From Candidatus Zambryskiibacteriota bacterium (lineage in GTDB: Bacteria; Patescibacteriota; Minisyncoccia; Phycocordibacterales; Zambryskibacteraceae), in NCBI GenBank assembly GCA_024654145.1, contig JANLIM010000063.1:1-29126 (forward strand): a stretch of DNA of 29,126 nucleotides, read 5' to 3'. Below, in pieces: positions 8,141 to 15,317 of the stretch (positions are counted from its first letter, which is position 1; every line of letters begins with the position of its first letter). The notes under the pieces were generated by a model. The model did not search any database, was not told the origin of the DNA, and saw only the letters and a program-made list of their open reading frames with translations. Made by a program: the position numbers and the translations under genes.

Positions 8141-8180
8141 AAGGGCGACTGTCACCGGGACAGTCGCCCTTTTTTCTTTT
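8141..8180. terminator. Strong terminator between the RNA element and the topA stop
   Basis: AAGGGCGACTGTC-ACCGG-GACAGTCGCCCTT, a 13-bp perfect stem followed by TTTTCTTTT on the + strand. Confidence 0.85.
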
Positions 8181-10434
8181 ATTTCTTTTCTAGTTTGTGT
8201 GGGTTGTGGTTTGGGCATTTTTTGTCAGAACACCTTTCAGGTATGGTTTTTGTTCCTTCCATCATCAATGATCCGCACATTGTGCAGAGGTTGCCGGTTG
8301 GCTTGGCTTTAATGGCATACTTACAATCAGGGTAGTTTGAGCAGCTATAAAATACTCCGAAACGTCCACGGCGTTCGGACATGAATCCCTTCTTACAGGT
8401 CGGACATTCTACACCTGTGGAGTTTGCGCGCTCTTGCTCTTCATCTTTCTTCACAAACTTACACTTGGGGAACCTTGAGCATGCTGTAAACATGCCGAAC
8501 TTGCCTTCGCGGGTAACAAGGTTTCCCTTGCCGCATTTTGGACAAAGCTCGCCGGTATCCTTCGGTCCCTCTAGTTCTTTACCATCAATAGTTCTCGCAC
8601 CAGTGCACTCAGGGAACTTCTCACACGATAAGAATTTGCCTCCTTTGCCGAGCTTGATGATCATATCTCCGCCACAGACTGGGCACATTACTCCCTCTGG
8701 AGCTTTGCCGAGGTTAGTGATTTTCTCGATCTTCTCCTTTGACTTGAGCTCTTTGAGGAACGGAGTGTAGAAATCAGAAAGGGTTTTTTTGTAAGTGCGT
8801 TCACCGCTTGCAATTTCATCAAGCTCGTTCTCCATCTCTGCTGTGAAGGAGTCGCTGATGTATGTAGCGAAGTGTTCTTCGAGGAAAGAGCTCACAACTT
8901 CTCCTGTGTCTGTGGGATGAAGTGCTTTGGAAATCTTCTCAGCGTAGCCGCGATCCTCGAGAGTTTTGATGATGGAAGCGTATGTGGATGGGCGACCGAT
9001 ACCTCTTTTCTCAAGTTCTTTAATAAGTCCTGCTTCGGAGTAGCGGGGAAGCGGCTCTGTCTGCTTCTCTTGGGATCTTATATCAAGAAGGTTTAGACTA
9101 TCTCCCTTTTCAAATTTGGGAAGCACGACATCCTCGCTTGCTGAAGCAGGGTCAGCTTTTATCCACCCATCAAATAGAATTCGTGATCCATTGAGCCAGA
9201 AGTCTGGCATTGCAAAGGATAATCCTTTGCCAGTTTGCAAAGGATTATCCTTTGCAATATCACCTTGATCATTGATGTTGGCAACCACCTTAGTGCGCAT
9301 AACTTCAGCCGACTTCATCTGGCTCGAAACCGTTCTCTGCCAGATGAGTCTGTAGAGCTTCTGCTGTTCTTCGTTGGCGCCAGCCATTTCGACGTTAAGA
9401 TGCGATGGGCGGATAGCTTCGTGCGCCTCCTGTGCGTTCTTACTTTTCTTGGCGTAGCTTCTTGCTTCGAAAAATTCGGCACCGTACTTCTTCTTCACTA
9501 CATCCTCGATTTGATTCTTGGCGCTTGCTGCAAGGTTGGTTGAATCAGTGCGCATATAAGTAATGTGTCCGGCTTCATACAATCTCTGTGCGATAGACAT
9601 GGTGCGCGAAGGCGACCAGCCTAGTCGCGAGCTTGCTGTCTGTTGGAGTGTGGAGGTGATGAATGGTGCGCGTGGAGCACGGGCAACCTTTGTCTCCTTA
9701 ATATCTACTACCTTCCAAGTCCCTTTGTTGCCCTCCTCAATAATTTTCTCCACTTCCTTCTTTTCTGTTGGCTCTATAGAGCAGGTGAAGGTATTTACTT
9801 GCCCTGAGCTTGTCGAAGGGTTCTTCTTAAGGTCAGCCTCAATGGTCCAGAAGGTGACGGGGTCAAAGGCGCGTATCTCGCGCTCGCGCTCCATGATGAT
9901 GCGGAGAGCGGGGGACTGAACTCGCCCGGCGGAGAGTCCATATCTGACCTTCTTCCAGATAAGGCCGGAGAGATCGTAACCGACTAAGCGGTCGAGAACA
10001 CGGCGCGCCTCCTGCGCTTCGCGAAGGTGAGTATCAATTGCTCTAGGCTTTTCAATTGCCGCTTCGACAGCTTCTTTGGTGATCTCATGGAAGACGATTC
10101 TCGAGACACTATGGTTCGACTTGCGCTCACCATCGCCGAAGCCGCAGGCTTCGGCGACATGCCAGGCAATTGCCTCTCCTTCTCGATCGGGGTCTGTTGC
10201 TAGTAATATCTCATCGGCTTTTTTGGCAAGGGATTTAATTTCCGAAATCACTTTTTCCTTACCCTTCACCACCTCATAGTGGGGGACAAAGCCGCCCGGC
10301 ACATCGATAGCTGCTTTGTTGGACTTAGGAAGATCGCGGACATGACCCACAGATGCAACCACGCGAAAATCCTTCCCGAGATATTTCTCGATCGTTTTCG
10401 CTTTTGATGGACTTTCTACAATTAGTAATTTCAT
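8179..10434 (-). CDS. topA: DNA topoisomerase I (type IA) with C-terminal zinc ribbons
   Basis: LLIVESPSKAKTI, LATDPDREGEAI, SAGRVQS, ITYMRTDS (catalytic Tyr), QEAHEAIRP, GIGRPSTY and three C4 zinc-ribbon repeats. Confidence 0.98.
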   Translation of the reverse strand: MKLLIVESPSKAKTIEKYLGKDFRVVASVGHVRDLPKSNKAAIDVPGGFVPHYEVVKGKEKVISEIKSLAKKADEILLATDPDREGEAIAWHVAEACGFGDGERKSNHSVSRIVFHEITKEAVEAAIEKPRAIDTHLREAQEARRVLDRLVGYDLSGLIWKKVRYGLSAGRVQSPALRIIMEREREIRAFDPVTFWTIEADLKKNPSTSSGQVNTFTCSIEPTEKKEVEKIIEEGNKGTWKVVDIKETKVARAPRAPFITSTLQQTASSRLGWSPSRTMSIAQRLYEAGHITYMRTDSTNLAASAKNQIEDVVKKKYGAEFFEARSYAKKSKNAQEAHEAIRPSHLNVEMAGANEEQQKLYRLIWQRTVSSQMKSAEVMRTKVVANINDQGDIAKDNPLQTGKGLSFAMPDFWLNGSRILFDGWIKADPASASEDVVLPKFEKGDSLNLLDIRSQEKQTEPLPRYSEAGLIKELEKRGIGRPSTYASIIKTLEDRGYAEKISKALHPTDTGEVVSSFLEEHFATYISDSFTAEMENELDEIASGERTYKKTLSDFYTPFLKELKSKEKIEKITNLGKAPEGVMCPVCGGDMIIKLGKGGKFLSCEKFPECTGARTIDGKELEGPKDTGELCPKCGKGNLVTREGKFGMFTACSRFPKCKFVKKDEEQERANSTGVECPTCKKGFMSERRGRFGVFYSCSNYPDCKYAIKAKPTGNLCTMCGSLMMEGTKTIPERCSDKKCPNHNPHKLEKK
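9209..9258. repeat. 50-bp nested palindrome inserted in frame in topA
   Basis: ATTGCAAAGGATAATCCTTTGC (9209-9230) and its exact reverse complement (9237-9258) flank a 6-nt spacer. Each arm is itself a palindrome, GCAAAGGAT-W-ATCCTTTGC. Confidence 0.85.
9801..9821. repeat. Palindromic repeat inserted in frame in topA (encodes PSTSSG)
   Basis: GCCCTGAGCTTGTCGAAGGGT, the same family as 2928-2949. Confidence 0.7.
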
Positions 10435-10436
10435 TT

Positions 10437-11297
10437 CTAAAAAGTTTTTCTGACTTCTCCCATCTCTTCCATTATTAATCCTTTAATCTCGAGCAGAGAT
10501 AGTATCGCAGATGCAGTACCCGTGTCCAATTTGCTTTTGCGAATAAGTTCATCGCGAGAGCATGGGTCATCTAAGATTTTTATAAATACTTTCTCCTCGT
10601 TTGTCAGGTCCTCGACATCTGTAAGTGTTGGATGTTCGTCTTTCCTCTTAAGGCCCAGAAGCTCCAGAACATCATTGGGGTCACGGATAAGAGCAGCACC
10701 GAGGCGTATGAGCATGTGAGGACCCTCTGAACTTGGAGAGTGTAGGGGCCCAGGTACGGCGCCGACTTCTCTGTTGTATTCCGTCGCGAGGCGTGAGGTG
10801 ATGAGAGTGCCGGACTTTTTCTCCGCTTCTATGACAATAGTGGCGTGACACATGCCGGCCATGATTCGATTTCTTTTTGGATATATCCAGGTGCCAGGAT
10901 ATTGCATGTTGTCTTCAAATTCTGAAAGTAGTCCACCTCCAGCTTCGATTATTTCGTCTGCCAGGTTTGCATGAGAACGCGGTGCAATTGATCTACGGTC
11001 AAGACCTGATCCAGGCACAGCTATGGTTTGAAGCCCTGCTTTTATTGCAGCTCGGTGAGCAATTGAATCCATGCCGAGGGCAAGACCGGAAACTATGGTC
11101 ACAGGCTCTCCAGCTAGGGATGCAATAATCGATTCACACATTTCTCTTCCATATTGAGAATATTTCCTAGTGCCCACAACAGCTAAAAGCTTGTTGCCAG
11201 GGATAGGCAGGGCACCCTCGTAGCGGAGTTGCTTTGGAGGTTGGGGAATTTCTCGCAGAAGCTCAGGATATTCTTCTGGTGTGAGGCTTCTAATCAT
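10437..11297 (-). CDS. dprA: DNA-processing protein DprA
   Basis: LAVVGTRK, IVSGLALGMDSIAHRAA, YPKRNRIMAG, EAEKKSGTLIT and a C-terminal winged helix. The conserved dprA-topA order is kept. Confidence 0.95.
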   Translation of the reverse strand: MIRSLTPEEYPELLREIPQPPKQLRYEGALPIPGNKLLAVVGTRKYSQYGREMCESIIASLAGEPVTIVSGLALGMDSIAHRAAIKAGLQTIAVPGSGLDRRSIAPRSHANLADEIIEAGGGLLSEFEDNMQYPGTWIYPKRNRIMAGMCHATIVIEAEKKSGTLITSRLATEYNREVGAVPGPLHSPSSEGPHMLIRLGAALIRDPNDVLELLGLKRKDEHPTLTDVEDLTNEEKVFIKILDDPCSRDELIRKSKLDTGTASAILSLLEIKGLIMEEMGEVRKTF

Positions 11298-11331
11298 TTC
11301 ATTTATAATATCATTCTTGTATTATGTATTT

Positions 11332-11366
11332 AAGCTAGTAGCTAGAACCTAAAAGCTAAAAGCTAA
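11332..11366. repeat. Heptamer tandem array upstream of serS
   Basis: AAGCTAG TAGCTAG AACCTAA AAGCTAA AAGCTAA, ending 3 nt before the ATG. Confidence 0.65.
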
Positions 11367-11369
11367 TTT

Positions 11370-12650
11370 ATGCTAGATATCAAATTCATAAAAGAGAATA
11401 AGGACCTTGTAGCGGCAGCGGCCAAGAACAAAAACAGGGAAATAGATGTTGAGGAAATTATTCGTGTCTCAGAAGAGAGGAAAAGTCTCAAAAGTGAGAT
11501 AGAAACTCTGAATCAGAAGAGAAAGGAAGCGGCCAATGCTCGTGATATAGCACTTGGCACCCAACTTAAGGCAGATCTTGAGGTGTTGGAAGCGAAGCAC
11601 GCTGAGCTCGATAAACAGTTTGTCTCGCTCATGATAAAGGTGCCCAATATTTATTCTGCCGATACTCCTGTTGGACCAGACGAGAGTGCCAATAAGGTCG
11701 TCAGGCAGTGGGGGGAGATTCCACAGTTCGAATTCGCGCCTAAAGAGCATGATGAGCTCGGCAAGGCGCTTGGGATAATTGATGCGGAGACTGCGGGTGC
11801 TGTTTCCGGATCCCGGTTCGCGTACTTGAAGGGTGATTTAGTGTTATTGCAATTTGCTTTGCTACAGTTTGCCCTCGGAGTTTTAAATAATAAAGCCACT
11901 CTCGCAGAAATTGCGGCGAAGGCAGGACTCAACATCAACGTGACAGCATTCACTCCCGTTGTCCCTCCGGTTTTCGTAAGGCCAGCTGTGCAGAATCGCA
12001 TGGCCCGTTTCCTTGCGCCTGAGGATCACTACATGTTCCCGGAAGACGACCTTATGCTCATAGGCAGCGCAGAGCATACTCTCGGGCCAATCTACATGGA
12101 TAAGATTGTGGAAGAAAAGGATCTACCTATCCGGCTGGCGGGCTACTCGACAGCCTTCCGCAGGGAGGCTGGCACTTACGGCAAGGATACAAAAGGCATT
12201 TTGCGCCAGCATCAGTTTGATAAATTGGAAATGGAATCTTTCACGCTCCCTGAAGACTCTCTGCAGGAGCAGGAATTCCTGGTCGTTATTCAGGAACATA
12301 TTCTGCAGTCTTTGAAATTGCCTTATCAGGTCGTGATGGTTGCTACCGGTGACATGGGCTTCCCCGATTACCGCCAGATCGATATTGAGACGTGGATGCC
12401 CGGGCAGAATAAGTACCGCGAGACTCACAGCGCGGACCACACAGGCAACTTCCAGTCGCGCAGATTGAATGCCAGGGTGAAGCGCTCGGACGGTACAATC
12501 GAGCCTTTGCATATGAACGACGCAACAGCTTTTGCTGCGGGCCGTACGCTTATATCGATAATGGAAAACTATCAGCAAGCTGACGGCTCTGTCCGTGTCC
12601 CCGAAGCTCTTCTGCCCTACATGAGCATTACGGAAATTAAGGTTAAATAG
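11370..12650 (+). CDS. serS: Seryl-tRNA synthetase
   Basis: MLDIKFIKEN start, coiled-coil arm, GSAEH, FRREAG...GILRQHQFDKLE, YRETHS, FQSRRLN and HMNDATAFA. Confidence 0.97.
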   Translation: MLDIKFIKENKDLVAAAAKNKNREIDVEEIIRVSEERKSLKSEIETLNQKRKEAANARDIALGTQLKADLEVLEAKHAELDKQFVSLMIKVPNIYSADTPVGPDESANKVVRQWGEIPQFEFAPKEHDELGKALGIIDAETAGAVSGSRFAYLKGDLVLLQFALLQFALGVLNNKATLAEIAAKAGLNINVTAFTPVVPPVFVRPAVQNRMARFLAPEDHYMFPEDDLMLIGSAEHTLGPIYMDKIVEEKDLPIRLAGYSTAFRREAGTYGKDTKGILRQHQFDKLEMESFTLPEDSLQEQEFLVVIQEHILQSLKLPYQVVMVATGDMGFPDYRQIDIETWMPGQNKYRETHSADHTGNFQSRRLNARVKRSDGTIEPLHMNDATAFAAGRTLISIMENYQQADGSVRVPEALLPYMSITEIKVK

Positions 12651-12740
12651 CAAAGAAAGAGAGTAAATGTTATAAACATTGTTGGAGGCTGACTTTAGGT
12701 TCGCATGTCGCGGATAAGAAGAAGGCCTGAGGAGTGAGTT

Positions 12741-13238
12741 GTGGAACATAATCAATTCGTTGAGTTTGTCGCCGCAGTAGTCAGGTGCTTGCCGCGCGAT
12801 ATGGATTCAACTACGGCTCAGGGGTGGATTACCAACCAAAAATCTCTTACGAAGGTGCTTCGAGAAGGGCTCACACCACCACCTAGTTATGAGGTTTACT
12901 ACACGCCCACTCAAGAGGTAAAAGCCTTTGTAAGGGGCAGCAGACATCTCCTTTTAAAACATCTTCTAGAATATCTAAGGGATAGTGGTTTTCTAGGTCG
13001 ATGTCTTTCTCTTGATGACGAAGTGGTAAAGGAGTGGACTACCCATCCAGCTACCTACCCCACAGAACTCAAAAACAAGCTCGTCTTTTTGTGGGGTTCG
13101 ACGGCTTACCTGTACAACATCAGCAGCGTAGCCTGCTTGTACTGGTCAGATGAAGAACAGGCTGTGCGTATGGAACGGCGATATCTCGATGGTTTACTGC
13201 CTGGGGACTCACTAACAGTTCTCAGTCCTCAAGTTTAA
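12741..13238 (+). CDS. Hypothetical protein (165 aa, GTG start)
   Basis: Open frame with a GAGGAG SD-like site upstream and a terminator downstream. No family can be assigned with confidence. Confidence 0.7.
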   Translation: MEHNQFVEFVAAVVRCLPRDMDSTTAQGWITNQKSLTKVLREGLTPPPSYEVYYTPTQEVKAFVRGSRHLLLKHLLEYLRDSGFLGRCLSLDDEVVKEWTTHPATYPTELKNKLVFLWGSTAYLYNISSVACLYWSDEEQAVRMERRYLDGLLPGDSLTVLSPQV

Positions 13239-13248
13239 TGGGTTGGTT

Positions 13249-13280
13249 GCCCGGCACTTAGCGCTAAGTGCCGGGCTTTC
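13249..13280 (+). terminator. Perfect 28-bp palindrome, probable terminator
   Basis: GCCCGGCACTTAGCGCTAAGTGCCGGGC followed by TTTC. The outer 10 bp are shared with 19826-19853. Confidence 0.65.
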
Positions 13281-13320
13281 TCATTCGTATCATTCGATCA
13301 TATTCGTTATAATTCGTATC

Positions 13321-14166
13321 ATGAAAATAGTTTCCACTGGCGCCACACTCTCGTCGCCGGAGTATCAAAAAAAGAAGAAAAAGGAGAGGAAGAGGAAGTT
13401 AATTGTTTTCTCTAGTGTTGTTTTCGCTGTTTTGATTGCGACCGTGCTCCTTTTGCGCCTGGAACAGATTCAGATTTCTCAGATAAGTGTAGAAGGCAAT
13501 GAAGTGATAAGTGATGAAAAAGCCGCAGTTGTAGCAAGGGACGCATTAAGGGGTAATTATCTTGGGCTTATACCGCGGACTAATGCCCTCTTTTACCCAA
13601 AATCTCAGGTAAAAGAAAGTTTGTCTAGAGAGTTCCCACGCTTCAGCTCTATAGAAGTAAAGTTGAGTAGTATTAATAGCATTAAGGTATCAGTAACAGA
13701 AAGAGAGCCATATGCGCTGTATTGTAGTAGTGCTGAGAGACCCCAGGATGCATCGGCATGTTTCTTTTTGGACAAAGGAGGATTCATTTTTGACGAGGCG
13801 CCAGCATTCTCAGGCACAGTTTATTTTGTCTATGCTTCCGAGCAGTATATTGAGAGCTCTCTTGGTCAAGAGCTTATGCTTAGAAGTGAGTTCGAAGAAT
13901 TTGCCGACTTTATTAGTCAGCTTGAGCTACTTGGATTCCAGCCACTAGCTGCATTAGTTGGAAAAGAAGATCTTGTAGTGGTTATGCCGGAACAAGCTCG
14001 ATTGATAGTGAAAAGAGAAGATGAGTTTAGTGGGATATATTCCAACTTGGAGGCCTTTCTTAATAATGAATCCATTCGCGAGCAAGGCAATTTCATAGAA
14101 AAATTCTCAGAACTAGACTTACGTACTAGAAATAAGGTACGGTGGTCGCTTAAAGAGCAGATTTAG
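13321..14166 (+). CDS. FtsQ/DivIB-like cell division protein (POTRA domain)
   Basis: Basic N-terminus, one TM helix, QISQISVEGN POTRA start, VSVTEREP, FFLDKGGFIF and ELDLRTRNKV. ATG 13321 is preferred over the track start at 13243. Confidence 0.75.
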   Translation: MKIVSTGATLSSPEYQKKKKKERKRKLIVFSSVVFAVLIATVLLLRLEQIQISQISVEGNEVISDEKAAVVARDALRGNYLGLIPRTNALFYPKSQVKESLSREFPRFSSIEVKLSSINSIKVSVTEREPYALYCSSAERPQDASACFFLDKGGFIFDEAPAFSGTVYFVYASEQYIESSLGQELMLRSEFEEFADFISQLELLGFQPLAALVGKEDLVVVMPEQARLIVKREDEFSGIYSNLEAFLNNESIREQGNFIEKFSELDLRTRNKVRWSLKEQI

Positions 14167-14189
14167 GTTTTATGATTTAGGATTTATGA
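14162..14189. repeat. Heptamer tandem array spanning the ftsQ-like stop and dus start
   Basis: TTTAGGT TTTATGA TTTAGGA TTTATGA. Confidence 0.6.
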
Positions 14190-15139
14190 ATAATTTTTGG
14201 CAAAAATTAACGAAGCCAATTTTTGCATTGGCTCCCATGGCTGATGTCACGGACGCTGCGTTTCGATACCTAATAGCAAAGACAGGAAAGCCCCACGTTA
14301 TGTGGACCGAGTTTGTTTCTGCAGACGGCTTGGCTCTGGCGCCGGAAGAGGGGAGGAAGAAGCTTCTTTTAGACCTTAAGTACTCAGAAATAGAACGGCC
14401 CATAGTCGCACAGTTCTTCACAGCATCGCCTGAGCATATGAAGAAGGCTGCCGAGCTAGCGAATGAGCTGGGTTTTGATGGTATAGACATTAATATGGGT
14501 TGTCCGGACAGGAGTATAGAGAGGCAGGGGGCAGGGGCCGCACTTTTAAAGAATGCAAAACTTGCAAGAGAGGTGTTGAGGGCGGCAAAAGAAGGAGCTG
14601 AAGGGCTTCCCGTCTCAATTAAAACTCGTATCGGTTACAACAAGCCAGAGCTTGATACATGGCTTTCTGAAATTCTTAAGGAAGAACCCGCTGTGGTGAC
14701 AATCCATGCGCGGACACGAAAGGAGATGTCCAAAGTCCCAGCACGTTGGGAGTTTGTGAAGCGTGCTGTGGAAATAAGGGATGAAATGAATTCCAAGACC
14801 CTTATTTTTGGCAATGGTGATGTGATGAATGTAGACGAGGCGCAAAAGAGGACAGTGGAGACAGGTTGCGACGGCGTTATGCTCGGCCGAGCTATTTTCG
14901 GCAACCCATGGCTGTTCGCTAAGCGCACTCCTGCACTAGAAGAGAAACTAAATACTTTGGTAGAGCATGTGAAGCTTTTTGAAGAAATGTTGGGGCATAT
15001 TAAAAACTTTGCCATCATGAAAAAGCATTTTAAAGCATACATAAATGGATTCGACGGAGCAGTAGAGCTTAGGGGCAAGCTCATGGAGGCAAATAATGCG
15101 GGAGAGGTGGAGAAAATTATAAAAGAATTCTTGGGATAA
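14186..15139 (+). CDS. tRNA-dihydrouridine synthase (Dus family)
   Basis: LAPMADVTD, GIDINMGCP (catalytic Cys), GAGAALL, SIKTRIG, TIHART, GNGDV and GVMLGRAIFGNPW. Confidence 0.93.
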   Translation: MNNFWQKLTKPIFALAPMADVTDAAFRYLIAKTGKPHVMWTEFVSADGLALAPEEGRKKLLLDLKYSEIERPIVAQFFTASPEHMKKAAELANELGFDGIDINMGCPDRSIERQGAGAALLKNAKLAREVLRAAKEGAEGLPVSIKTRIGYNKPELDTWLSEILKEEPAVVTIHARTRKEMSKVPARWEFVKRAVEIRDEMNSKTLIFGNGDVMNVDEAQKRTVETGCDGVMLGRAIFGNPWLFAKRTPALEEKLNTLVEHVKLFEEMLGHIKNFAIMKKHFKAYINGFDGAVELRGKLMEANNAGEVEKIIKEFLG

Positions 15140-15170
15140 CGGTAGAGTCAAAGGTGTAGGCCTTCAGCCT

Positions 15171-15230
15171 GCTTGACCGTCGCTCGGGCTCTGTGTGAGC
15201 AAGCTCACACATTCCTTCGCTAGGTCAAGT
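15171..15230. repeat. Intergenic nested hairpin (REP-like) after dus
   Basis: Outer stem CTTGACC/GGTCAAG enclosing TGTGTGAGC-AA-GCTCACACA. Confidence 0.55.
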
Positions 15231-15317
15231 AAGTTTAATTGACATTTCCCGTCTTGTATGATAGGAAGTGTCTAGGGAAACACTAGATTTCGTTAATTGC
15301 AGTTCTTTGGAGGATAC

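Noticed and set aside
8138-8335. 65-aa TTG-start ORF as the gene controlled by the riboswitch-like RNA
   Set aside because: It begins inside the terminator, has no SD, translates the T tract as FFFYFF and overlaps topA antisense.
13243-13320. Track start of the ftsQ-like ORF at 13243
   Set aside because: The extension runs through a terminator hairpin and the -10 box. ATG 13321 fits better.
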